Below, in pieces: positions 16,068 to 26,534 of a stretch of DNA of 64,000 bases (the stretch's first letter is position 1; each line of letters opens with the position of its first letter). Made by a program: the position numbers and the translations under genes. Source of the DNA: Dehalococcoidia bacterium (GTDB lineage: Bacteria > Chloroflexota > Dehalococcoidia > GIF9 > AB-539-J10); contig JAUWQY010000006.1 of assembly GCA_030610855.1 (NCBI GenBank), positions 153-64,152 on the forward strand, read 5' to 3'. Under the pieces are notes generated by a model. The model searched no databases. It was not told the DNA's origin and worked only from the letters and a program-made list of their open reading frames with translations.

Positions 16068-17447
16068 CTATTTCGCCGACGACCTTCGCCAGGTCCGCTT
16101 TTTCAGAACATACCATACGCCGAGTCCTGTAGCCAGCGCTCCTAACACAGCAATCACGCCGGGATGCAGCCATGCCCGCCAACCCGGAACTGCCGGGCCT
16201 GACAGCGTTGCCCGCCAGTTAGCATCCAGAGCGTCCATGTCAAAATCATAAACATCGCTCAAAGCATCATCATAGGTGCTGCCCTGCTTCAGAATACTCA
16301 ACAAATCGAGCATCCTGGTCTTGCCATGATTATCAAGGAGATACTCCACAAGGCTGTAGCTCTGAGCATAAGAAAGGTAAGCTTGATCAGGCTCGGCAGA
16401 GAAAGGGCTGCACAGGCTGCGCACAGAAATGAGTTCATCATCCGAGATAGCCTCTTCCAGGCGAGAGCGGAAGTGAGGCTCAAGCTCACCTTCATTGTGC
16501 ATGGCCAGCCCTTCATCAAGCCAGGTAGGAAGCCGCCCGTAGGGGCCGAAAGTTGCCTGGTGAACAACAAGATGTGTTAATTCGTGAATCAGGGCTCTCT
16601 TGCCCCAATCAAGTCTCTCGGGCGAAATCCCGATAGCGATTATGCTGAACTCGGTATAGGCTACGCCGCCAGTCCACTCTTGAGGAAAGATCATAGCTCC
16701 CCGCAAGTCCTCGGTGGAGGCATAGATATACATCCTTATCGGCCTTTCTGGATAAGTGCCGATATCCTCAGTCAATCTAACGAGGCCTTCCTCGCAGGTA
16801 TCCATCAGTTCTCGAGCGAAGGAATCATCGCCTTCGTACCAGAAAATGGTCAGGGCGTCGCCTTGATAGGTCTGCCATTCTGCCGGAAGGCCGCTACTGA
16901 TCAAGCTCTGCCACAGATAGCGAGCGTCATTGAAACGCATTACCTCGGGAGAGGTCTCAAATCTGTTCCCGTCAGCGTCCTCAATCATCCACCAATAGGT
17001 GACCTCGGCACCGGGGGGTAGGCTTGCGTTCCGCATATCCCATACCCATTCAGCCTCTATCCTGGTTGCTGGCGAAAAACTAGCCCAACCCTCACTGACA
17101 ACCTCTGCATACTTCATCCTGTCAACCCGGTAGCAAAGACGGACATCAATGATATCGCTGCTGCTCTCAGCTTCAATGGTGAACACAGCCTGGTCAGGGA
17201 AATCCACTGCCACACCGCTCGCTATGATGGCAATTGCGTTCTCGGTTTGCTGAGCCGTCACCCTGAGCGGGAGCGAAGGGTCTCTCGATTCTTCGTGGAG
17301 CTCGCCCTGAGCGAGATTCCTCGGTCGCACTGCTCCCTCAGAATGACACGCAATATCGCTATTTGAGATGCTACTCTGCCCCCCAACGAACGAAGACGCT
17401 GACAGCAGCAGCAACGTCAAGACTACTAAGACGATGCGCCCGATCAT
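16068..17447 (-). CDS. Putative secreted or membrane-anchored zinc metallopeptidase (HExxH), with an N-terminal signal and a C-terminal TM.
   Basis: Signal peptide MIGRIVLVVLTLLLLSASSFVGG. Zincin motif IHELTHLVVHQ with a downstream GLAMHNE. C-terminal TM IAVLGALATGLGVWYVL plus KKRTWRR. It contains a decayed dispersed-repeat copy coding ACHSEGAV. Confidence 0.55.
   Translation of the reverse strand: MIGRIVLVVLTLLLLSASSFVGGQSSISNSDIACHSEGAVRPRNLAQGELHEESRDPSLPLRVTAQQTENAIAIIASGVAVDFPDQAVFTIEAESSSDIIDVRLCYRVDRMKYAEVVSEGWASFSPATRIEAEWVWDMRNASLPPGAEVTYWWMIEDADGNRFETSPEVMRFNDARYLWQSLISSGLPAEWQTYQGDALTIFWYEGDDSFARELMDTCEEGLVRLTEDIGTYPERPIRMYIYASTEDLRGAMIFPQEWTGGVAYTEFSIIAIGISPERLDWGKRALIHELTHLVVHQATFGPYGRLPTWLDEGLAMHNEGELEPHFRSRLEEAISDDELISVRSLCSPFSAEPDQAYLSYAQSYSLVEYLLDNHGKTRMLDLLSILKQGSTYDDALSDVYDFDMDALDANWRATLSGPAVPGWRAWLHPGVIAVLGALATGLGVWYVLKKRTWRRSSAK
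17313..17349 (-). repeat. Degenerate subtype-A dispersed repeat embedded in frame within the metallopeptidase-like CDS.
   Basis: gagattcc...gctccctcagaatgacacg retains both flank motifs, but the inner hairpin has decayed. The minus strand translates to ACHSEGAVRPRNLA. Confidence 0.5.
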
Positions 17448-18540
17448 TTCCCTATTTGAGACCGTAAATATGCAGTGATAAATCCATCCAGGTCGCCATC
17501 CAATACAGCTTCAGGATCATGAACTTCATGGTCGGTACGGAGGTCCTTCACCATTTTGTACGGGTGAAGAACGTAGCTTCGAATCTGATTCCCCCAGCCT
17601 GCCACGATACGCTCGCCTTTGATCTTGGCTCTCTCCTCCTCCTTTTTCTTATGGTCAAGCTCCAGAAGACGCGAATAAAGAATCTTCAGAGCCGCTTCCT
17701 TATTCTGGTGCTGCGACCTCTGCCCCTGGCAGGTAGCTACCAGTCCTGTTGGTAAGTGAGTTATCCTGACGGCGCTGCTTGTCTTCTGCATATGTTGCCC
17801 ACCAGGACCGCTGGACCTGAATGTATCTACCTTCAAGTCTTCCGGGTCTATTTTGATATCCACCGCCTCTTCAGCCTCAGGGAGGACTTCTACCAGGACA
17901 AAAGACGTATGGCGGGCGTGGTCAGAATCAAAAGGGGAAAGCCGCACCAACCTGTGTACCCCGTGTTCACCTTTCAGATAGCCGTAGACATAAGCTCCCT
18001 TAATCTCCACGATAGCACTCTTGATGCCAGCCTCTTCGCCAGGGGAGACATCCAGTGCCTCAGTTTCATAACCATGCCGCTCGGCCCACCTCAAGTACAT
18101 CCGCAGTAACATGTCCGCCCAGTCCTGAGACTCCGTCCCGCCAGCACCGGCATGCACGGCAAGCATGGCATTGCGAGGATCATAATCGCCAACAAAGAGC
18201 TGTTGACTCTCCAACTGCTCGAATTGAGAGCTTAGCTTCCGCAGTTCCAGCTGTAGCTCTTCCTTAAGAGAGGAATCATCCTCTCCGATAGCCAGAACAA
18301 TCATGTCCTGAAGGTCGCCGGCTTTCTTCTCCATCTCACGCCAGACGTCGACCAGGTTCTTCTTGACCGAAAGCCGGCGCATAATAGCCTTGGCTCTAGC
18401 CGGGTCTGCCCAGAAATCGGGTTGAGCTGACTCCGCCTCTATCCTGGCGATTTCACCTTCTTTGCCGGCGATGTCAAAGATGCACCATGACGTCTGAGAC
18501 TCGGCGAAGCAAGGCTTCTAGATTCCCCTTCTCTTCCTGC
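17444..18540 (-). CDS. prfB: Peptide chain release factor 2, with a programmed +1 ribosomal frameshift.
   Basis: The frame-0 leader is MQEEKGNLEALLRRVSDVMVHL, followed by CTT TGA C (plus-strand 18474-18479). The +1 frame continues DIAGKEGEIARIEAESAQPDFWADPARAKAIMRRL and then the full RF2 body (SPGGQHMQKT... GGQHVN-type). SD aaaaggagctatATG. Confidence 0.85.
18474..18479 (-). promoter_or_regulatory. prfB +1 frameshift site (CUU UGA C).
   Basis: This is the canonical RF2 autoregulatory shifty site, with an in-frame UGA after a Leu CUU codon. Confidence 0.8.
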
Positions 18541-18603
18541 ATATAGCTCCTTTTATTCAGTCGATGCGGTCAACCGGAAGAATCCCGCCATCATTCCTGC
18601 CTA

Positions 18604-19320
18604 TCACCGTGCCCGAACTCCCCTGCCGCGGTAGTCTGGCTCAACGAGGCTGCTGCCCGCGGCAGCGAGGTGAGCCAGGCGCGTAGGTTCAGGAAGTCTA
18701 TGACCACGGCAGCATTCTATCACCCATTGTAAGGCCGATGCCAGATCGATTTTGTGACCAACAGAAACATATATCGGCTTCACTCCAGATTTAGTCCTTA
18801 ACGCTGCTCCAACGATCTCCCCATTATCGAGTAGTTCAACATGAGAGCCAGGCTCTTCTCCTAGAGGCTGATGCCGGCCACAAAGGATAGATTTGGCACA
18901 GCCGATAGTAGGCAGATCGAGAAAGAGTCCCAAATGTGAGGCAAGCCCAAACCTCCTCGGATGGGCAATCCCCTGACCATCAACAAGAACAAGGTCGGGA
19001 GCATTGCTCAGTTTCTCGCAGGCCGCCAGGATCAACGGACTCTCTCGAAAGGACAGCAGACCAGGAACATAGGGAAACGAAATCCTATCCTCAGCTACCT
19101 CTACTTCGACTATTTTGAACTCAGGATAGCAGAGAACCACCACTGCTCCTCTCGCTAAGCCCCTAGCGTCAGGCGAAGATAGGTCGATACCGGCAACAAG
19201 GCGCGGGTTGATGACTGCGTTTTCGGTTACGACATCTCTTGCCAGGCTCAATTGCATTTCCTTCGCCTGTGCAACGCCCACATCCCACCCGTGCAGTTGG
19301 TTGACCCTCATATCCTGCAT
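18604..19320 (-). CDS. nfi: Endonuclease V.
   Basis: VAGIDLS, YVPGLLSFRE and LVLVDGQGIAHPRRFGLASHLG motifs. The start is placed at an internal Met (MQDMRVNQLHGWD), which aligns with the usual N-terminus. The upstream extension to 19578 looks non-conserved. Confidence 0.85.
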   Translation of the reverse strand: MQDMRVNQLHGWDVGVAQAKEMQLSLARDVVTENAVINPRLVAGIDLSSPDARGLARGAVVVLCYPEFKIVEVEVAEDRISFPYVPGLLSFRESPLILAACEKLSNAPDLVLVDGQGIAHPRRFGLASHLGLFLDLPTIGCAKSILCGRHQPLGEEPGSHVELLDNGEIVGAALRTKSGVKPIYVSVGHKIDLASALQWVIECCRGHRLPEPTRLAHLAAAGSSLVEPDYRGRGVRAR

Positions 19321-19790
19321 TATAGAGTATTCGGCCTTGATGACAAACTCTGAAGCTGCTGCCGTATAAAGCCTGGATTTCCCATATTCAACTTCGCCCG
19401 CAGATAGGCTCCTATGGTGAAACAGCTTCAAAAGAGACGCTTTGCTGGAGGAACCCAATGGGTGAAAAGAGACAAGAGGCACTGAAGCTCCAATTCGACA
19501 AACAGTTGAGACTGGAGTTTCACGGAGCCAGGATAGCCTCAGACGTAGGGCTACTGGCCTGCCGGGAGCTCGAGACAAATAGTGGAAACAGAAGATAGAA
19601 AATACTAGACAGCTAAAGCAAACCTTGACACGGATTTACTTTGATAGTTTTGATAGTATGGTATAATTTTGCAGGAGATCTTACCGGAAGTGGCTGTTGA
19701 ATAAGTATTATCGCAATATCACCCAAAGTGCAGGCACGGCGCTCGGCTTTATTTGTGGTCATTCACAATTTTTAAGGCAGGTATGATTCG

Positions 19791-20261
19791 ATGGCAGAAG
19801 GCGTAGCAGTACTGTTCTCTAGTTCATGGATTTGGTTGGTATTTGTAGTTCTTGGTCTGCTGCTGATTCTGCTGGAGCTCATCATTGGCGTAGAGACCGG
19901 GTTTGACCTGGTATTCCTCGGGTCTGCATTCATACTCGGGGGACTGGTGACCTGGCCAGCTCATTCCTGGATTCTAACACTAATTATAACCAGTGTAATC
20001 TGTACAGCCTACATTTTTATCGGCAGGAGATATGTTCACAGGTGGGCTGCCGTACGAAAATCAAAAACCAACGTTGATGCCATCGTCGGCAGGACAGGAA
20101 TCGTTCTGCAGAGTATATCCAGAAATCTTGATGGTCGTGTTAAAGTTGGAAATGAAGACTGGAAGGCAAGAGCAACAGAGGATATTGAAGAGGGTATTGA
20201 GATAGTTGTCACGGGCGTTAGTGGCGCTACGCTAATTGTAGAAAAAACTAAGGGAGGGTAG
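19791..20261 (+). CDS. NfeD-family membrane protein (short form, partner of SPFH/stomatin).
   Basis: N-terminal TM helices plus a C-terminal OB-like beta domain. It is translationally coupled (stop overlaps start) with the SPFH gene. Confidence 0.75.
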   Translation: MAEGVAVLFSSSWIWLVFVVLGLLLILLELIIGVETGFDLVFLGSAFILGGLVTWPAHSWILTLIITSVICTAYIFIGRRYVHRWAAVRKSKTNVDAIVGRTGIVLQSISRNLDGRVKVGNEDWKARATEDIEEGIEIVVTGVSGATLIVEKTKGG

Positions 20262-21166
20262 TGAAAATGAACGTAGGCGTAATAGTTGTCCTCAGCGTGC
20301 TGGCAGTGGTAGCACTGATAGCTCTTAGCAGGTCTATAACCATCATCCATCAAGCAGAGAAAGGCCTCGTGGAGAGATTTGGTCGATATAAGGAGACACT
20401 CGTACCGGGGCTCAGATTTCTTGTGCCTTTTATGGATTCCCTGAGAGCTAGAATCGATATGCGGGAGACCGTCCTGGATGTGGAACCTCAGGCGGTTATC
20501 ACCAAAGATAATGTCGGCGTAACCGTAGATGCCGTGGTTTACTACTACGTGACAGATGCCAAGGCTGTCTGCTATGAGGTCTCCAACTTCTTCGTTGCAA
20601 TAAGCAAGCTAGCACAGACGAACTTGAGAAACATGATCGGTGACATGACCCTCGATGACACACTGGCATCAAGAGAACGTATCAATACTGCTCTGCGGGA
20701 AACCCTCGATGAAGCCACTGACAAGTGGGGAGTAAAGGTAACCAGGGTAGAGGTTAAGGAAATCCTGCCACCCAGGGACATCACTGATGCCATGAGCAAG
20801 CAAATGAAAGCGGAGAGAGAGAAGCGCGCGACTATCCTGGAAGCGGAAGCATACCGACAAAAACAAATTCTCACGGCTGACGGCGATAAACAGAATGCAA
20901 TACTTATAGCTGAGGGTGACAAGCAGGCTGCAATATTGAGGGCGGAAGGGGAAGCAAAGGCTATAGAGAATGTCTCAAAGGCGGCCGATGAGTTCTTTGT
21001 AGGAAATGCTCAGTTGCTGAAACAACTTCAAGTTACTCAGGCATCTCTAGAAGATAATACAAAGCTTGTCATCTCCGACCAATCAAGGTTGATTAATGTC
21101 CTCGGTCTTGCTGAAGCGCTGGCCGGAACAAAGTCAAAACCTCAAACCCAATCAAAATCATCGTAA
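20261..21166 (+). CDS. SPFH/Band-7 (stomatin/prohibitin-like) protein.
   Basis: N-terminal TM segment followed by an SPFH domain (IIHQAEKGLVERFGRY..TKDNVGVTVDAVVYYYV) and a coiled-coil tail. Confidence 0.9.
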   Translation: MKMNVGVIVVLSVLAVVALIALSRSITIIHQAEKGLVERFGRYKETLVPGLRFLVPFMDSLRARIDMRETVLDVEPQAVITKDNVGVTVDAVVYYYVTDAKAVCYEVSNFFVAISKLAQTNLRNMIGDMTLDDTLASRERINTALRETLDEATDKWGVKVTRVEVKEILPPRDITDAMSKQMKAEREKRATILEAEAYRQKQILTADGDKQNAILIAEGDKQAAILRAEGEAKAIENVSKAADEFFVGNAQLLKQLQVTQASLEDNTKLVISDQSRLINVLGLAEALAGTKSKPQTQSKSS

Positions 21167-21583
21167 GCTCTCTTTCTGGGATAACACGGTCTTTGAGGGT
21201 TGGAATTGTAGAGGGTTATGTGTGAGTCCCTGGGCTTTAAGACCAGGAAGCCCGGGTGAAACTGAAGATGTAAAAAACCCTTCGCATAGCTAACAATGGG
21301 TTACACTTTCGCTTGTTTAGTGTGATTAACCCCGAAGACTAACTGGCTCTGTTCAAGCTATTTGCTGTTCTCTCGCTCATCAATCCAAGAATTCCATCAT
21401 AAACTGTCCCGGTCTAATACAAACGGGCCTAATCATACTGGCAATATGCTCGCTGGGCTCCCAGATATCGACGCCACTCTGAAGTCCGATTTGTTGCGCC
21501 AACTTATGGAGACTTTCAGGCTCGTAGAAGAGTAAGAAAGTATTTTCGGCACGAAGACGGTGGATTCCCACCATGACTGCCAA

Positions 21584-21612
21584 TTGCCAAAAATGAACTG
21601 CTTTGCTATAAT
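21584..21612 (+). promoter_or_regulatory. Putative sigma-70 promoter for the V/A-ATPase operon: TTGCCA-17 bp-TATAAT with a TGc extended -10.
   Basis: ttgccaaaaatgaactgctttgcTATAAT lies ~110 nt upstream of the first ATPase gene. Confidence 0.4.
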
Positions 21613-21724
21613 CGCAACCTAGTCAATGATTGGTCGCTAGGATGTTTATCTCCCCGATGATAGAGACATCTCGCGTACGCTCTTTATCCGGTGCGAGTCC
21701 GGTGAACCACTGCGGAGATGCGTT

Positions 21725-22036
21725 ATGACTGAAGAAATCACCAACAGCGTGGCAGCCATCGAGGCCGAAGCTGAGAAGATACTCGAAGAGGCGAGGAATA
21801 GAGCCAGGCAGATTATCCTCGAAGCCAGAGAAGAAGCTAGGAACATACTCTCCTCTCAGTTGCCCCTGAATGAGGTAAAAACTGAATGTGTTAAGATTGT
21901 GAATGAGGCTAGAGCCGAAGCCGATAAGAAGACCGAGGATTCTGAGAAGAAAGCTGCTGAAATCCGCATCAGTGCCGACAGGAAAGCAAAAGAGATCATG
22001 GAGCTCATCGTAAGTATTATCACGGGCAGAAGCTAG
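21725..22036 (+). CDS. V/A-type ATP synthase small stator subunit (subunit H/G-like).
   Basis: 103 aa, all-helical. Has the EAEAEKILEEARNRARQI coiled-coil typical of the first gene of Thermus-type A-ATPase operons. Confidence 0.6.
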   Translation: MTEEITNSVAAIEAEAEKILEEARNRARQIILEAREEARNILSSQLPLNEVKTECVKIVNEARAEADKKTEDSEKKAAEIRISADRKAKEIMELIVSIITGRS

Positions 22037-22037
22037 C

Positions 22038-24014
22038 ATGATACCTCTAGTCGTCAATACACTCGACCCTATGGCCAAAGTCAGGATTCTGACTACCAAA
22101 GATCACTCCACAAAGGCCCTCAAGACTCTGCACACAGCCGGCGTGCTGCATGTTAAACAAAGTGAAGAGCTAAAGCCTGTGGGCAGAGAAGCTCTTGAAC
22201 ATGAAAGAAAGCAAATCAACGGGCTACTAACAGACATTGCCAATGTGCTGGCTTACATACCGAAGGGAGAGATTGTGTCCCTGGAGGAGGGTGTTGAGGT
22301 CATATACACCAGGCCCCTGGACGAGATTGACAGCGAAGTAAGATCATTATGCACCAAGCTCAGTAATATGCATCGAAGAGCTGCCAAACTCGAAGAGGAC
22401 GTTAAGGAGCTAAGAGAACTAAGTAAGTATCTTGGCTCTCTGGGACAGCAGGCTGACATCAGACTGTCTGATCTGGATTTTTCGGGAGGCTATCTTTTCT
22501 CCCGGGTCTTCCTTCTTCCAAATGAGGCATATCACAATCTGTGCCATACCGTGAAGGACTACCTGCTTGAGAGCATTGCTGTTGCGCTAGAAAATGAAAC
22601 CGCATTCTACGTAATTGCCAGGGTTGAAGACAAGGAGACTATAGAATCTGCGATTAGGAGCAGCGGTGGCAGAATTCTTCAGATACCGAAAGAAGATCTA
22701 ACTGTGCGACAATTCGTTGAGGTAGTCGTCGATAAGGTCCATGGCTTTGAAGAGGAAATGGCAAAGCTCTACGGCGAGATTGAAGGCAAGACCAGGGAGA
22801 ACTTAGGACAGCTCGTCCTTTTCAGGGAGGCACTATCAGCTGAAGCTGAAAGACTGGCAGTCTTAGAAAAGGCCTCTGAGGCAGACTATGTCACACTAAT
22901 CGAGGGCTGGATTCCTGAGAGCAATGTTGAAGGCACAATTGCCGAGCTGAAGGAGAACATAGGCCTTGTGTACATTGACACGAGGAAGCCGGAACAGGCA
23001 GAAGAACCGCCCACCAGGATGAAGAATGCGGCTGCAGTCAAACCGTTCGAGGTCATCGTCAACATGTTCGGTACACCGAAGTACAGAGAATGGGATCCCA
23101 CGCCGATAATAGCCTATTCATTTGCCATTTTCTTCGGTCTTATGCTTTGTGATGTTGCATATGCTATCGGCATTATACTGGCTGCCAGATTTCTAATACG
23201 CAGATTTGTCGATGACCCATATTCTGAAGGCTACAGGCTGTTCCAGAGAGTGCTCTATATCAGCGGGGCCGTTGCCCTTGTACTCGGCTTCCTGGCCGGG
23301 AATTACCTCGGAGATATATACTCGTTCTTTGGAGTTGACAGCGCGGCGCTCTTGGAGCCTGTTAGAGACATGCTTACCGATCCGATTTCTTTCATAGTCC
23401 TTTCCGTTGGGCTGGGCCTTGTTCATGTGAACACGGCTCATCTTCTGGCGCTGATCGTCGGGGTCAGGAAAAAGGACAAAGGCATAGTGATCAACAAGGT
23501 TGCACTCTTTGCACTCCAGCTCTGCGGTATCCCCATAATTCTAAGGTGGTTGTTTGAGATATCTTTGCCGGTGGCTCCAGGCATGTACGACATCTTCATG
23601 TATGTCGTAGCTGCCAGTGTGGTAGCCATTATAGTGTCCTCTTTCATGCAGCAGGGCGGTCTGGGGGCTGTCTTCTGGATCTTTGACCTGACTGGTCTGC
23701 TCGGCGATGTGATGTCATATGCCAGGCTGGCCGGAGTCGGATTAGCCACATTCTACCTTGCGTCGAGCTTCAACATGCTGGCACGGTTGTTCTCCGGAAT
23801 GATACCGGGCGTGGTCGGAGTCATCATTGGGACTATCATAGCAGTTGTAGTCCTGATCGTCGGGCATCTTATCAACCTGGCTCTGAGCGGTATCGGTTGC
23901 TTCGTGCACTCCCTGAGACTGTGTTTCGTCGAGTTCCTATCCAAGTTTTACGAAGGCGGTGGTGAGGAGTATAGTCCATTCCGGTTGAAGACGCGACCCG
24001 TATTCGTCAAATGA
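22038..24014 (+). CDS. atpI: V/A-type ATP synthase subunit I (the a subunit: stator plus proton channel).
   Basis: 658 aa. A hydrophilic N-terminal half is followed by a C-terminal multi-TM domain. Confidence 0.85.
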   Translation: MIPLVVNTLDPMAKVRILTTKDHSTKALKTLHTAGVLHVKQSEELKPVGREALEHERKQINGLLTDIANVLAYIPKGEIVSLEEGVEVIYTRPLDEIDSEVRSLCTKLSNMHRRAAKLEEDVKELRELSKYLGSLGQQADIRLSDLDFSGGYLFSRVFLLPNEAYHNLCHTVKDYLLESIAVALENETAFYVIARVEDKETIESAIRSSGGRILQIPKEDLTVRQFVEVVVDKVHGFEEEMAKLYGEIEGKTRENLGQLVLFREALSAEAERLAVLEKASEADYVTLIEGWIPESNVEGTIAELKENIGLVYIDTRKPEQAEEPPTRMKNAAAVKPFEVIVNMFGTPKYREWDPTPIIAYSFAIFFGLMLCDVAYAIGIILAARFLIRRFVDDPYSEGYRLFQRVLYISGAVALVLGFLAGNYLGDIYSFFGVDSAALLEPVRDMLTDPISFIVLSVGLGLVHVNTAHLLALIVGVRKKDKGIVINKVALFALQLCGIPIILRWLFEISLPVAPGMYDIFMYVVAASVVAIIVSSFMQQGGLGAVFWIFDLTGLLGDVMSYARLAGVGLATFYLASSFNMLARLFSGMIPGVVGVIIGTIIAVVVLIVGHLINLALSGIGCFVHSLRLCFVEFLSKFYEGGGEEYSPFRLKTRPVFVK

Positions 24015-24041
24015 AAGACTTAAAACAGGAGGTATAAAGAG

Positions 24042-24509
24042 ATGATAGATCCAAGCGCGTTAGCTAGTATCGGCGGTGCAGTGGCGTTGATTGCCGGTCT
24101 AATCGGTTCATCTATAGGTATTGCCACCGCTGCATCAGGCGGATTGGCTACATTGTCCGAGGATCCGCGGCAGTTCAGGAATGTGTTAATACTGGCATCA
24201 TTGCCAATGACACAGTCCTTTTATGGGCTAATAGTGCTCATACTAGTAATAACAGGCGTACTTCCCAATATGCCTGCCGAGGGCAGCGCCGGTCTTGTTG
24301 CTCTTGTTGTCAGCCTCATAGCGGCTTTTGCCTTTGGTTTCTCGGCAGTATATCAAGGTATGGTTTGTGCCTCAGGTATCGCAATGTTACCCAAGACCGG
24401 AGGGAAAATCCTGACCAGCTCTATGATGCTGGCAGTATTTGTCGAGCTGATAGCTGTTCTTGCCCTGGTCTTCACGATAATGGCGTTCACCCTGCTTGGC
24501 CTTATGTAG
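24042..24509 (+). CDS. atpK: V/A-type ATP synthase subunit K (proteolipid, double hairpin).
   Basis: 155 aa with four TM helices, rich in G/A/I/L. Confidence 0.85.
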   Translation: MIDPSALASIGGAVALIAGLIGSSIGIATAASGGLATLSEDPRQFRNVLILASLPMTQSFYGLIVLILVITGVLPNMPAEGSAGLVALVVSLIAAFAFGFSAVYQGMVCASGIAMLPKTGGKILTSSMMLAVFVELIAVLALVFTIMAFTLLGLM

Positions 24510-24518
24510 AGGTGTTTT

Positions 24519-25106
24519 ATGGGAATGGATAAGATCAGGGACGCCATCATCTCCAAGGTCCGGATGGAGGCCGAAGACATAACACGTGAGGCTAAGGAGA
24601 AGGCACAGGAGGAGATAGAGAAGGCCAGGAGACAACGGGAAGCTAGGTTCGACGAAGAGAGAGGCAGAATACTGACAGACGTGGAAGCGGAGGCTGCCAG
24701 AACTCTAGCTCAAGCCTCTATCAAGGCGCGTCAGAAGCTATCGAGTACGAAAGCTGACATAATCGCTGAGATAGTTGACAGGGCCCGCAGGGAATTGTCC
24801 CGAGTTTCAAGCGATGACAGCCATATTCTAAACTTGGTCAGAGAAGCCATGGAGGCACTCGCTGCCGCCAAAGGCAAAATCTACGTTTCACCTAAAGACG
24901 TAGGCACTGTAAAGAAACTCCTTGAAGCACACAGGGACTTGTCTGACAGGATAGTGGAGGTCAGGGAATCGAATTGCCTCGGTGGAGTCATAGCTGAGGA
25001 CATCGAGGGAAAGCTCAGGATAGATAATACTTACGAAACAAGGCTCGAGATGCTCCTGCCAAGGCTATTGCCGGAGATAAGCAAGAAACTCTTTGAATCT
25101 CCGTAA
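24519..25106 (+). CDS. atpE: V/A-type ATP synthase subunit E.
   Basis: 195 aa with an N-terminal charged helix (EAEDITREAKEKAQEEIEKARRQREARFDEE). Its position in the operon is consistent with subunit E. Confidence 0.75.
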   Translation: MGMDKIRDAIISKVRMEAEDITREAKEKAQEEIEKARRQREARFDEERGRILTDVEAEAARTLAQASIKARQKLSSTKADIIAEIVDRARRELSRVSSDDSHILNLVREAMEALAAAKGKIYVSPKDVGTVKKLLEAHRDLSDRIVEVRESNCLGGVIAEDIEGKLRIDNTYETRLEMLLPRLLPEISKKLFESP

Positions 25107-25115
25107 AGGAATACC

Positions 25116-26150
25116 GTGCCTAGTGTAAAGTACGCATTCATATCGGCTTACCTGAAGGGTCAAGAGGCCAGGCTGCTGACTTCCGAGCATATAGATAGCT
25201 TGCAAGCAGCGCCCAGCATACAGGACGCGCTGGCAACCATAAGGGAGACCGATGTAGGGAGCTATCTGGAGGAATTGCCCGTCAGAACTTTTGATGATCT
25301 AGACGAATGTTTGTGGAGATATCTTGCCCAGCGCTTTGCGTACATAGAGTGGTTCAAGCTCGTGCCCCGGGATGTGCTGGGGATATTGAGGGCATATATT
25401 GCTAAGTATGATGTCTTCAATATCAAAGCGACCTTAGAGAGCATTTCTGCTGCCAAGAAAGCCAAGACGATACCGCTGGGGATAATCCACAATAATGGAT
25501 TGCTGGATGAGCTCTCCAGCGCCCAGAATATAGATGACATCACCCGGGTACTTGTCAAGTGCAAACTGGGAGACTATGTACCTGCCCTGGAACGACACAA
25601 AACAGATGAAGCCGCGAAGTCGAAGCTCCTCGTTCAGGCCAGGTTAGATGGTGAGTATTACGGAAATCTCCTGAATATGGCAAGGTCTGTAAAAGACGGC
25701 CCTATCCTTCTTCAGGCCTTCGGTCTAATCATAGATCTGGCAAACCTTCAAATCGCCTGGAGAGCCGTGATTGCAGGCATAGAACTCCACGTTGCCGAGT
25801 TAACCATTGCTGGCGGATATGAGATTACGGACAGATCTATCAAGGAGTTACTATCTCTTAAGATGGCCGAGATGCCTGCCAGGCTGGAGAATACCCAGTA
25901 CTCTGATGTGGTTAAAGAAATGCTGGTTAGCCATGACAAAACCAAAAGCATCACGGTTGTAGACGAAATCATCGATAAGCACAAGTTCAGGATGCTCAAG
26001 GAAATGCTGGCGCCAAGAGTGCTATCCCCGCTGGCGATGGTCTGGTACCTAATCCTCAAAGAGATTGAAATACGAAACCTGCGGCTCGTTCTGAAAGCAA
26101 TTGTCGATGGTGTTCCGGCGCAGGAAGTGAAGGGCTATTTGGTGCTGTGA
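25116..26150 (+). CDS. atpC: V/A-type ATP synthase subunit C (the d subunit).
   Basis: 344-aa helical protein at the canonical position between E and F. Confidence 0.75.
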   Translation: MPSVKYAFISAYLKGQEARLLTSEHIDSLQAAPSIQDALATIRETDVGSYLEELPVRTFDDLDECLWRYLAQRFAYIEWFKLVPRDVLGILRAYIAKYDVFNIKATLESISAAKKAKTIPLGIIHNNGLLDELSSAQNIDDITRVLVKCKLGDYVPALERHKTDEAAKSKLLVQARLDGEYYGNLLNMARSVKDGPILLQAFGLIIDLANLQIAWRAVIAGIELHVAELTIAGGYEITDRSIKELLSLKMAEMPARLENTQYSDVVKEMLVSHDKTKSITVVDEIIDKHKFRMLKEMLAPRVLSPLAMVWYLILKEIEIRNLRLVLKAIVDGVPAQEVKGYLVL

Positions 26151-26151
26151 C

Positions 26152-26505
26152 ATGATGCCCATCAAACACCTGGATATAGTTGTTGTAGGAGACGAAGAGC
26201 TAGTCAACGCGCTCAGATTGGCCGGCAGCAGCAGATATTACATGATAAAGGGCGATCACGATGTCCGTGAAAACGTAAGGAAGGCTCTAGCCGAGTTGAT
26301 AGCCGAGCCTGATGTTGGCATAGTAGTGATGCTGGAAGACTATGCACAGTATGTTGAAGACCTGTTAACCCGGGTCAGAAAAGGAAGAGCGATCACTCCT
26401 GTGATCATTGAAGTTCCATCCAAGTTCGGTACGAAGTACCCGGATGTCAGGGAATATTACAGAGCGTCTGTTAGAGCATCTATAGGGTTTGAAGTGGAGA
26501 TTTGA
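26152..26505 (+). CDS. atpF: V/A-type ATP synthase subunit F.
   Basis: 117 aa, with IVVVGDEELVNALRLAGS, typical of the F subunit. Confidence 0.75.
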   Translation: MMPIKHLDIVVVGDEELVNALRLAGSSRYYMIKGDHDVRENVRKALAELIAEPDVGIVVMLEDYAQYVEDLLTRVRKGRAITPVIIEVPSKFGTKYPDVREYYRASVRASIGFEVEI

Positions 26506-26534
26506 GACTATAGAAAGAGCAGGAGGTTGAAGAT

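Noticed and set aside
18604-19578. Full 324-aa ORF for nfi, including an 86-aa N-terminal extension.
   Set aside because: The Endonuclease V homology begins at the internal MQDMRVNQLHGWD, and the extension is Ser/Leu/Arg-rich and non-conserved-looking. The start was placed at ~19320 instead.
21380-21583. 67-aa minus-strand ORF in the AT-rich spacer before the ATPase operon.
   Set aside because: It has no SD or motifs and lies across the predicted ATPase promoter region. It may be a gene remnant, but it is not supportable.
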